Assembly (NCBI GenBank): GCA_964342655.1
Contig: CAYFFZ010000002.1
Coordinates: 1 to 46,857, forward strand
Direction: 5' to 3'
From: an uncultured Nitrososphaerales archaeon
GTDB lineage: Archaea > Thermoproteota > Nitrososphaeria > Conexivisphaerales > UBA164
Length of the DNA: 46,857 nucleotides
Positions 27,213-35,054 of the stretch are shown here, piece by piece (within the stretch, counting starts at the first letter, position 1; every line of letters starts with the position of its first letter). A program made the position numbers and the translations under genes. A model generated the notes under the pieces. That model was not told the DNA's origin. It saw nothing but the letters and a program-made list of their open reading frames with translations, and did not search any database.

Positions 27213-27452
27213 ATGGAAAAGGTATTACAGGTAGAGGTCAAAAAGTCTCAAAAGTCCCTTAAAGTTCCAGAAGAAAAGCTCGGCGAGCTGAGGGGTATAG
27301 GAAACAGGCTTATTTCATCGATGAAAAAGGAGTATGTTGATTGTCCGGTAATAAAGCAACAGGTACCGTTTATAGCATGCTATCTATGTCCTTCGTTTAT
27401 AAGAAGATACAAAGGAGTTGTGTATTGCAAAGGAGAAAAAGGACCGTACTAA
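27213..27452 (+). CDS. Small basic protein with an HhH-like GIG hairpin and four Cys residues
   Basis: 79 aa. LGELRGIGNRLISSM fits the helix-hairpin-helix consensus. Cys spacing is C-x11-C-x2-C-x12-C. It starts 15 nt after vps4. Confidence 0.5.
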   Translation: MEKVLQVEVKKSQKSLKVPEEKLGELRGIGNRLISSMKKEYVDCPVIKQQVPFIACYLCPSFIRRYKGVVYCKGEKGPY

Positions 27453-27456
27453 AAAT

Positions 27457-28395
27457 TTAAACCTTGCAGTATAAATAAGCGTTTTCGATTAAAAAAGCTT
27501 TCGAGTTTTCTTTTCTTATCTTTTCATAAGCTTCTGTAAGGCTGCTGTAACCATCTATTCCAAGCTTTTTCAGATAAGTTAAAGGGAGCGATGTTACCAT
27601 GCTTAGTTTAGCCCTCTTTTGCAGATCATTCAAAACTTTTATAGTATAACTTTTTTCGCTTATACCAAGTATTGATAACCTGAGTCCTTCATCCCCGAGG
27701 CCTCTGCTGCATTTAGCCACAAGCAAAGCTTCTGCGCCATCTTCGATAATACCAGAGATTCCATAAAATGAAAGAAGCGCTTCTTTAAACGTAAGATCGT
27801 ACGGCAAACCGCCTGCAGATGCTATAACAAATTTCTTCCGTTTATGCTTCTGTGAGTTGTTTAAAAAGAATTCTTTTAACTTTTCATAAACGCTTAAACC
27901 CTCTCCCGCTATTGAAGGTCCATTCATTCCGAAATAACAAAAAGCTTTTGCACCACTGGTCTCTAGGAGCCTTTTAGAAAACCACACGCCGCCATCTTCT
28001 TCGCACGAATTAGGTTTGTCTTTTCTTTTTAAAACTTCGTCATCAGCTCCAAAAGTTTGAGCAATAACACTTTGTGGACCCTTAAACCAGTAAACCGGAT
28101 CTACTCTTACAGAACATACTAAAACGGTTTCTTTGAGAGCCTCAGGATAGGTAAAAAGGTAGCCGTCAACAACTTCTTCTTTCTTAGGACCTGTCATGTC
28201 CAAGGGCTTTAGTTCAGGCATTTTCACGTGCACAATTTTTTCAGAAAATTCAGAACCGTCTGTAAGGTAATACTTTGCTTCAACATTTTCTGAAAAGCTC
28301 TCTGGGGGTTTTATTGAAAATAATTCATCAATCTCTTCCCTTTTTAGCTTCAGGGATACTTCTTGCTCTCCATATGGCAACCAGATTTCAGGCAT
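27457..28395 (-). CDS. Hypothetical protein, LarA/DUF2088-like but apparently degenerate
   Basis: 312 aa. The N-terminal WLPYGEQEVSLKL resembles the LarA N-terminus, and AGGLPYDLTFKEAL...LVAKCSRGLGDEGL resembles the LarA C-terminal GGYPLDQN...DGHGGEGF region. It is shorter than LarA, and I did not see the catalytic motifs. Confidence 0.4.
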   Translation of the reverse strand: MPEIWLPYGEQEVSLKLKREEIDELFSIKPPESFSENVEAKYYLTDGSEFSEKIVHVKMPELKPLDMTGPKKEEVVDGYLFTYPEALKETVLVCSVRVDPVYWFKGPQSVIAQTFGADDEVLKRKDKPNSCEEDGGVWFSKRLLETSGAKAFCYFGMNGPSIAGEGLSVYEKLKEFFLNNSQKHKRKKFVIASAGGLPYDLTFKEALLSFYGISGIIEDGAEALLVAKCSRGLGDEGLRLSILGISEKSYTIKVLNDLQKRAKLSMVTSLPLTYLKKLGIDGYSSLTEAYEKIRKENSKAFLIENAYLYCKV

Positions 28396-28441
28396 CTCAT
28401 GTATATTTACACGCGCTGTTTATAGGTTATTCTGGAGTTTG

Positions 28442-28456
28442 CAGAAATGTTTAAAT
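28442..28456 (+). promoter_or_regulatory. BRE/TATA-type promoter CAGAAATGTTTAAAT
   Basis: TTTAAAT box 30-36 nt before ATG 28486. It has the same CAGAAAT-N-TTTA core as the elements at 18106 and 21217. Confidence 0.5.
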
Positions 28457-28485
28457 GCTAATCAGTCTTTATATAATTTTCTAAA

Positions 28486-29646
28486 ATGAATTTTATAAAA
28501 CCTGATTATAACGGGGGAAGCATTGCCAACATATATGGGAGCATACTGAAAAATTTTGGACTGGAGAGCAAAAGAAAGCCATTAAAAAGAAGTTTTGACG
28601 AAAGCGGGAAATTCGTGTTGGTCATATATGATGCTTTTGGTGAGAAAACGCTTGAAAAAGGATTAGAAAAAGGCTTCATAGACAAAGAAGTTCTTAAAAA
28701 ATTTGAGCACGAAACAATTACCAGCATATTTCCATCTACTACGGCATGCGCCATGCTTAGCTTTTATACGGGGTTAACTCCAGGCGAACATGGCGTTATG
28801 GGATTTACAACCTACATAAAAGAACTCGGAACAATAGTCAATATGTTAAACCTTTCGCATCCTTCACAAGAAACTCCGCTGCCTCTTATTTATCAGAACT
28901 TTACAAAGTACATTTCAGAAAAAGCGGTGCCCATAGGAGATAGGCTTGCAGAGAAAGGCATACGTGGGTATTCAATCATTCCAGCAAGCATCTACGATAC
29001 GCCAACAACGCAGTTTCACCATAGGGGTTTAGAAAGAGTTAAGTACTATTATCCTTGGGATGCTTTTCAGGCTGCAAGAAAGATACTTACAGAAAACGAG
29101 AGAGTTTTTCTTAACATCTATATACCCACTGTTGATACGCTCTCCCATCATTATGGACCATTTTCAGCCGAGACGTTATCTTCAGCTTCAGATCTATTGA
29201 AGATGCTTTTGAATTCGTTAGAAGGAATAAAAAATTTAACACTGCTGCTTACTGCAGACCACGGTCAAACAGACAATACAGTAAGCCATGTAGCTGACGA
29301 CTCTCTAATGGATATCCTTGAAATGCCTCCGTGGGGAGATTCAAGGGCTGCTTTTATGAAAGTTAAAGACGAAACAAAACTAAGACGGTACTTTGAAGAT
29401 AACCTAAAGGGTTTTGAATTGTTTACGCGCGAAGAATACATAAAAGAAGGCTTCCTTGGAGAAACGGTTGAACCAAGGTTTTACGATAGGCTGGGAGATA
29501 TGCTGGCTGTACCAAATGTCACGGAATCACTTATTTACTCCTACAGAGGTCCTGAAGGGGATAAAGATTATATAGCTTTTAAAGGACATCACGGGGGTCT
29601 AACAGAGGAAGAGCAGCTCGTACCCCTTCTTATTTATAGAAGCTAA
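28486..29646 (+). CDS. Alkaline-phosphatase-superfamily enzyme (type I phosphodiesterase/nucleotide pyrophosphatase family)
   Basis: FPSTTACAMLSFYTGLTPGEHGV nucleophile motif, TADHGQ metal-ligand motif and a C-terminal GHHGG. Confidence 0.8.
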   Translation: MNFIKPDYNGGSIANIYGSILKNFGLESKRKPLKRSFDESGKFVLVIYDAFGEKTLEKGLEKGFIDKEVLKKFEHETITSIFPSTTACAMLSFYTGLTPGEHGVMGFTTYIKELGTIVNMLNLSHPSQETPLPLIYQNFTKYISEKAVPIGDRLAEKGIRGYSIIPASIYDTPTTQFHHRGLERVKYYYPWDAFQAARKILTENERVFLNIYIPTVDTLSHHYGPFSAETLSSASDLLKMLLNSLEGIKNLTLLLTADHGQTDNTVSHVADDSLMDILEMPPWGDSRAAFMKVKDETKLRRYFEDNLKGFELFTREEYIKEGFLGETVEPRFYDRLGDMLAVPNVTESLIYSYRGPEGDKDYIAFKGHHGGLTEEEQLVPLLIYRS

Positions 29647-30275
29647 AATTCGAATTTTCTTTTTCTTGCATACCTTCCCCTTCTTTCTATTTCTTCTACT
29701 TTATTCATCAACCTATCTTTTGCTATATTGCTTATTGAAAAATACCCGTCAGAGAAAGATTCGAGAGCCCGCTCATAAACATCTGAATGCTGGACATTAA
29801 GTATTTCTTTAAAGAGATGAAAATCAACAGCATAATCTTCTAGCCTTTCAGTATAGTAAGAAAGGCCAAAATCTATCATGAACCATCTATCGTTTTTTAA
29901 TTCGAGCAAAAGGTTTGAGGTGTTTGGATCGCCGTGAGCTATTCTGTTATTGTGAAGTTTTGCAAGATATTCTCCCGCAACGTACGAAAGCTCAGGCTTA
30001 CTGTTAATCAGATCTTTCATAGTCTTTCCTTCAATATACTGCATTACTATTGTATATGATTTGAGCCCCACATAAAGGACATATGGGGTTAAGATATAAC
30101 TTCTTGCGGCCCGCAGCATTTTTGCCTCCCTGATTGTCCTGCTTTTTCTGAGATAGTTGTCCAGATCTTTAACCATATAAGGCTTTTTAACTCTTATCTT
30201 GTAAATCGCGTTGAGAGGACCCCATTTACCTAAGTATATATCAGCTTCAGCCCCCCTGCTTATCAGCCTCTCCAT
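29643..30275 (-). CDS. bud32: Bud32/PRPK-type Kae1-associated kinase
   Basis: ISRGAEADIY glycine-loop equivalent and HGDPNTSNLL catalytic loop. The ATG at 30275 is preferred over the TTG at 30302. Confidence 0.85.
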   Translation of the reverse strand: MERLISRGAEADIYLGKWGPLNAIYKIRVKKPYMVKDLDNYLRKSRTIREAKMLRAARSYILTPYVLYVGLKSYTIVMQYIEGKTMKDLINSKPELSYVAGEYLAKLHNNRIAHGDPNTSNLLLELKNDRWFMIDFGLSYYTERLEDYAVDFHLFKEILNVQHSDVYERALESFSDGYFSISNIAKDRLMNKVEEIERRGRYARKRKFEF

Positions 30276-31246
30276 GGCACTTCCACCTCGTCGATTCTCC
30301 AAGATTGATCTATAAATCCGTTTTCAGGTTGAACGCTATAGCCATGTTTATGGTAAAGCGCGCCGGGCCAAGCTATCTGCGCTCCATTATCACCTGCGTA
30401 TTCAGCAGGAACTATAAGCAGCTCGCTTCCATGTCTTTCTGCAACAGAATTGAGTATTTCCTTTAATCTTTTGTTAGCTGCAACGCCACCAACCACCATT
30501 ATCTCAGGCTTTTTTGTAAGCGCTAAAGCTCTTTCCGCGGTTTCTGCAAGCATAGAAAAAGCCACCTCTTGCAATGAATAAGCCAAATCCTCAACGCTAA
30601 CGCTTCTTAACGACTTCTTTGCAGCACTAAGTATTCCAGAAAAAGAAAGGTCATTACCTTTAACCACATAAGGTAGCTGAACGAAATTTCTACCTTTTAA
30701 AGCAAGCGTCTCTACTTGGGGACCTGACGGAGAAGATAGTCCCACGCTCCTCCCGAACTGGTCTATAAGCTGACCGAGCGTTATATCTAACGTTTCCCCA
30801 AAAACCCTCCATCTTTTATCATGAGCTGAAAGTATCATCGTGTGACCGCCAGAAAGTAAAAGCACAAGCGGATCTTTAGCGCCTGTAAGAAGTGCTCCTA
30901 GCTCTATATGCCCTACTCCATGATGAACCGGAATAAGCGGTTTATCATAATAAGCAGAGATAAACCTTGCAAGTGTAGCACCAACCCTTAAACATGGACC
31001 TAGCCCTGGGCCTGCTGAATACGCTATGAATTCAAGATCGCGGTACGTAATAGAAGCTTTTTCAAGTGACTCTTTTAGAATCTTTGGTGCTACATCTGAA
31101 TGATGTCTAGAAGCTTCTCGTGGATGTATGCCTGCCCCTTCAGGTGGCCTGTAGACATCCTTAACGTTTGATATGATTCTTCCGTCTTCGCTAACTACAG
31201 AAGCTCCAAAAGTATGAGCCGTGCTTTCTATTCCAAGCCCTATCAT
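30263..31246 (-). CDS. kae1: tRNA N6-adenosine threonylcarbamoyltransferase Kae1
   Basis: MIGLGIESTAHTFG, VHHGVGH metal site, GGVAAN motif and C-terminal RIDEVEVPW. The ATG at 31246 is preferred over the GTG at 31258. Confidence 0.92.
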   Translation of the reverse strand: MIGLGIESTAHTFGASVVSEDGRIISNVKDVYRPPEGAGIHPREASRHHSDVAPKILKESLEKASITYRDLEFIAYSAGPGLGPCLRVGATLARFISAYYDKPLIPVHHGVGHIELGALLTGAKDPLVLLLSGGHTMILSAHDKRWRVFGETLDITLGQLIDQFGRSVGLSSPSGPQVETLALKGRNFVQLPYVVKGNDLSFSGILSAAKKSLRSVSVEDLAYSLQEVAFSMLAETAERALALTKKPEIMVVGGVAANKRLKEILNSVAERHGSELLIVPAEYAGDNGAQIAWPGALYHKHGYSVQPENGFIDQSWRIDEVEVPWRG

Positions 31247-31680
31247 TCTTCCAACCACTTTGAAGTTCCATCTTCATAAATTTCTTTTTTCCATATGGTA
31301 GGTTCTTTTTTATATCGTTCGATTACATATGGAAGTGCAGAAAGCCCTTGGCTTCTATCTCTGCTCCATATTATCGCAACTATAAGCGGTTCGCCGGGGG
31401 AAAAATAGCCATAAAAATGGTATATTCTGCAATCGTTTGTTGAAAACCTGTTTATCGTATCATAACAAATCTCCTTCAATTTTTTATCGGCTAATTCTTT
31501 ATAGGCTTCTATGTAAAGTTGCTTTACTTTTTTACCATCTTTGCTGAGTTCTTTTACTGTTCCTATATAATAAAGGATTATACCATCTTTCCCCGGATCT
31601 CTGTTTAAAGCTTCAGAAATAACCTTTACGAAGTCAAGCTTGCCTTTTTCATACATCCCGCTTTCAGGGATTTCATTCAT
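31243..31680 (-). CDS. moaE: MoaE-like molybdopterin synthase catalytic subunit family protein
   Basis: Collinear with MoaE (GTVK..., IYHFYGYFSPGEPLIVAIIWS.DR, PTIWKKE...G..W). Start at ATG 31680 or TTG 31686. Confidence 0.7.
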   Translation of the reverse strand: MNEIPESGMYEKGKLDFVKVISEALNRDPGKDGIILYYIGTVKELSKDGKKVKQLYIEAYKELADKKLKEICYDTINRFSTNDCRIYHFYGYFSPGEPLIVAIIWSRDRSQGLSALPYVIERYKKEPTIWKKEIYEDGTSKWLEE

Positions 31681-32800
31681 GTACAAGGTCCTCCAATATG
31701 ATTTTTACCTTTTGCTGTGTATTTATAGATCTGGCTATTTTTGAAGGTATCTCAATGTTTTTCCTGAACCTATCGTCTTCCAGCAAAAGCTGCAAACCTT
31801 CCAAAAGCTCTTTTGGCTTTGTTTTATATTGATCCATGTAAAGTCCCAGCCCAAGCTCCTGAACCCTGAGCGCGTTCTGTTCCTGTTCTCCATGAAGCGC
31901 TATTGGAAAAACTATCATCGGCTTTCCGTAAATAATACCTTCTCCTATGGTGGTAAGTCCGCCTCTAACTATCAGGGCATCAGAACATGCCATGTTTTCT
32001 TCGCGATTTTCATCCCAGCCAATTATCCTCAACTTCCCGTCGTCAAGCATATAATCCTTTTTGCTATAATCGCCCAAGCTTACAGTAACCTTATAGTTAT
32101 CCGGGAGCATCTTTGAAGTCTTTATCAGAAGATCAAACACAAGTTTCTTTGTAGGTGCAGGTCCGCTTATCGGGGCATATATTCTATAAATTCCACTGTT
32201 TTGGCATTCAAGCTTTTTATAAGGCAAGTCTGCAAAAAAACCCGCATAAATAACCTTTTTTTCTATTGTCTTTAATTCCATGCTGAACTTTGATATGCTG
32301 TAAGGGGGAGGTAGATCAGGGGAAATTATTACATCAGCTAGATTCCAAATCACCCCAAGCATCTCTCCGAAGAACCTTTCCAAAAAAAGGTAAACGTTGT
32401 TTCTTAAAGGAAAAAGTATCTTTGCCTGATTTATTATGAGTGCGCTCCTTTTACCAGTAAGCCTTGAAGCTATCAGCGGCGAAATTCTTGAGTCTGAGAT
32501 TACTGCAGAAGGGTTAAGTTCTTTTATTCTTTTTCTTTCTTCCCTTATCTGAAGAGCCAGCGTGCTAAAGGGCCTGTAGAAACCCTTAAGCGTTTTCTTA
32601 AAAGACATTCTTCCTTCTTCTGTCCACACAACGTCTAGAGGTCTAGCGTAAAAAGTTCTATAATATAAGGAAGAGATCTTAAGCGCTTCCCCCCAGCTTG
32701 CAAAATACTTTTCGCCTTCAAGATGTTTTGCAAGCCAAAGGCTTCTGGCTATGTGTCCTAGCCCTGTTCCGTATACTGAAAAGTACCATTTATACTTCAA
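31673..32800 (-). CDS. Glycosyltransferase, GT-B fold (MurG/MJ1255-like)
   Basis: The N-terminus SVYGTGLGHIARS and C-terminus RGGLTTIGE...P.....EQ..NA are typical of GT28/GT1-like enzymes. TTG start. Confidence 0.7.
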   Translation of the reverse strand: MKYKWYFSVYGTGLGHIARSLWLAKHLEGEKYFASWGEALKISSLYYRTFYARPLDVVWTEEGRMSFKKTLKGFYRPFSTLALQIREERKRIKELNPSAVISDSRISPLIASRLTGKRSALIINQAKILFPLRNNVYLFLERFFGEMLGVIWNLADVIISPDLPPPYSISKFSMELKTIEKKVIYAGFFADLPYKKLECQNSGIYRIYAPISGPAPTKKLVFDLLIKTSKMLPDNYKVTVSLGDYSKKDYMLDDGKLRIIGWDENREENMACSDALIVRGGLTTIGEGIIYGKPMIVFPIALHGEQEQNALRVQELGLGLYMDQYKTKPKELLEGLQLLLEDDRFRKNIEIPSKIARSINTQQKVKIILEDLVHE

Positions 32801-33398
32801 GGTTAACTTGTTCTACTTCTCCATTTGGTTCTTTTTCTCCAAAAACGTACGCTCTGAATCTGTAAAGTCTTATTCCTCCTCTTCTCCATAGGTTTCTGTC
32901 AGCGCCGGCTTTAAGACAACCATATGATATAAACTCTTCTACATCCCAGCCTTCTTCTACAGGGACCTGAGGAAGCAGAAGCCCGCTGCCGAGAGCCCAC
33001 TCAACTATTATACCATCTCTCCCAACCTTTATCTCTTTTAGGTAATCTTCAGGCCTTTTGACAAATACCTCCTCTGGAGGCGTAAGGATGCTTATTTCTA
33101 TCAACACGTTGTCCGCTTCTTTTGGGTCTAACGGGGGGAACCTCGGATCAAAATAAGCTGCATCTACTGCCGATTCTATTACGTTATTTATCAGTGTCCC
33201 TGAAGGATAAGGTCTGCCAATGCAGCCCAAGAGCTCTTTCTGTCTGTTCTTTATTGTTACGAAAGCTCCAGCCTGTACTTTGTACTTTTCGGGGGGATTT
33301 GGTATCTGAAGGTATTTTCTCGTTTTACCATAGTGTTTTATCGCTTCTCTGGCAACATCTATAAGGTATTTGCCATCTTCAACTGTCCACTCAGGCAT
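32790..33398 (-). CDS. AMMECR1-domain protein
   Basis: GAFVTIKN....LLGCIG signature. The ATG at 33398 (MPEWTVEDGKYLIDVAREAI) matches family N-termini better than the TTG at 33455. Confidence 0.85.
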   Translation of the reverse strand: MPEWTVEDGKYLIDVAREAIKHYGKTRKYLQIPNPPEKYKVQAGAFVTIKNRQKELLGCIGRPYPSGTLINNVIESAVDAAYFDPRFPPLDPKEADNVLIEISILTPPEEVFVKRPEDYLKEIKVGRDGIIVEWALGSGLLLPQVPVEEGWDVEEFISYGCLKAGADRNLWRRGGIRLYRFRAYVFGEKEPNGEVEQVNLEV

Positions 33399-33515
33399 AT
33401 GCCTTATTTTACGGCTCCAGATAATAACTTTTACCGGGAAACAATTCTTAAGCAAAAATATAACTAAGAAAAATAATGATCATATACAACAAAGTACATT
33501 AGTGTTGATAGGAAG

Positions 33516-34658
33516 ATGCTTACATTTGTTGAAGCGATAAAAGAAATAGAATCGCAATTCAGAGGTGAGGCAAAAACAAAAAAAGTAGCGCTTGTTAAAG
33601 GCGTTAATCACATAATTGCTGAAGAAGTTTATTGTACAGAAGATTTGCCACCGCTTCCGAAAAGCACCGTGGATGGTTTTGTAGTTTCTTCAAGAAGAGA
33701 AAATTATGAAATAAAGGGCGAGATATCGTTACTTTCCAAACCTCCAACTTATATAAAAGATAATGAAGCTTATCGAGTTTATACCGGATCCCTTTTGCCT
33801 TTTAATTCTCTTTATGTAATTAAAAAAGAGCTAGCATCGGTCAACGGAAGGGCTCTTTTTATCAAAAGCGAATCAGCTTTTGAAAAGAATTTTCTAAATA
33901 CAGGTGAGGATTGTAAAAGAGGAGAGTTGATCTTAACGAAAGGAGGCATTTTAAGCTCTAGGGTTGTTTCTTTTCTCGGTGCTGCCGGCATAAAAAATGT
34001 AAAAGTATATAAAAAACCAAAAGTCGCTATCCTTCCCATAGGAACAGAATTAGTTGGTAGATCTGGTCCCGATTTGACTGGATTTGCTATAAAGGGTTTT
34101 GCCAGATCTATGATGACAAACGCTAAGTTAATGGACCCTGTACCTGATTCTATAAATGATATAGCAAAAGCTGTTAAGACGCTCTCAAAAAATTACGATG
34201 TTCTCTTAACAGTAGGAGGCACCGGTGTGAGCAGCAGAGATCTTACAGAAAATGCGATTTTGTTTTCTGGAGGCAACGCTGTCTTTAAAGGAGTAAAGCT
34301 TCAGCCTGGAAGGACTTCAGGGTTTTTTATCTTGGACAAAAAACCGATAATAACTCTCCCAGGTAACGCTCAGGCTGCAGTAGCGGCATTTTTCGCTTTT
34401 TTCCCAACAGCTCTTCAGGCTATGGGATTTAAGGCCTACCTCAAGAAGATAAGGGTCATTCTTAAGCAAAAATTAAATGTTGAAGAAGGCTGGGCGAAAG
34501 TTTTCTTTATAAGGTTAGTGAATTCTAATGGAAGTATAATGGCCGAGCCAATAAACATAAAACCTCATACGCTAAAATTTCTTTTAGAAGCTAATGCTCT
34601 GTTTATAACAAATAAACCAATGTCTGAAGGTTCTATGGCTGATATAATGCTGATTTGA
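33516..34658 (+). CDS. moeA: Molybdopterin molybdenumtransferase MoeA family
   Basis: PKSTVDGFVV and TVGGTGVSSRDLT motifs. 380 aa. Confidence 0.85.
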   Translation: MLTFVEAIKEIESQFRGEAKTKKVALVKGVNHIIAEEVYCTEDLPPLPKSTVDGFVVSSRRENYEIKGEISLLSKPPTYIKDNEAYRVYTGSLLPFNSLYVIKKELASVNGRALFIKSESAFEKNFLNTGEDCKRGELILTKGGILSSRVVSFLGAAGIKNVKVYKKPKVAILPIGTELVGRSGPDLTGFAIKGFARSMMTNAKLMDPVPDSINDIAKAVKTLSKNYDVLLTVGGTGVSSRDLTENAILFSGGNAVFKGVKLQPGRTSGFFILDKKPIITLPGNAQAAVAAFFAFFPTALQAMGFKAYLKKIRVILKQKLNVEEGWAKVFFIRLVNSNGSIMAEPINIKPHTLKFLLEANALFITNKPMSEGSMADIMLI

Positions 34659-34704
34659 GCAAAAGTGTTATAATATGTAAATTTAATTTAATTTGGGGAA
34701 GAAA

Positions 34705-35016
34705 ATGGGAAAACGAAAGGTGCTCAGTGAGGCTGAGCTTAAGGATCTTGTTCTCCCAGAACAGGGAGAACTGCTTGGAGTTGTAGAGAAACTGTTAGGT
34801 AGTGATCATGCTATGATAAGGTGCACAGATGAAAAGGTTAGGCTTGGCAGGATAAGAGGAAAGTTAAAGAGAAAAATATGGATAAGAGAAGGAGATGTTG
34901 TGCTTGTAGCGCCTTGGCCTTTTGACGATACAAAATGCGACATATTGTGGAGGTACACCGTAGCCCACGTAGACTGGTTAAAACAAAACAATTATCTGCC
35001 CCAGGGATTTATCTGA
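34705..35016 (+). CDS. eif1a: Translation initiation factor aIF1A
   Basis: The S1-like OB pattern GELLGVVEKLLGSDHAMIRCTDEKVRLGRIRGKLKRKIWIREGDVVLV is canonical for a/eIF1A. An upstream TTG at 34693 is also possible. Confidence 0.9.
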   Translation: MGKRKVLSEAELKDLVLPEQGELLGVVEKLLGSDHAMIRCTDEKVRLGRIRGKLKRKIWIREGDVVLVAPWPFDDTKCDILWRYTVAHVDWLKQNNYLPQGFI

Positions 35017-35054
35017 GGATTTATATTGAAATAATTCTATTATAGTGGTTTAAT

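Noticed and set aside
30263-30302. The 40-nt overlap of the Kae1 and Bud32 ORFs as a possible frameshifted (pseudogenised) Kae1-Bud32 fusion
   Set aside because: Both proteins are full length with intact motifs. Kae1 ends with the usual ...RIDEVEVPW, and Bud32 has its own ATG at 30275. A 13-nt overlap is normal operon coupling.
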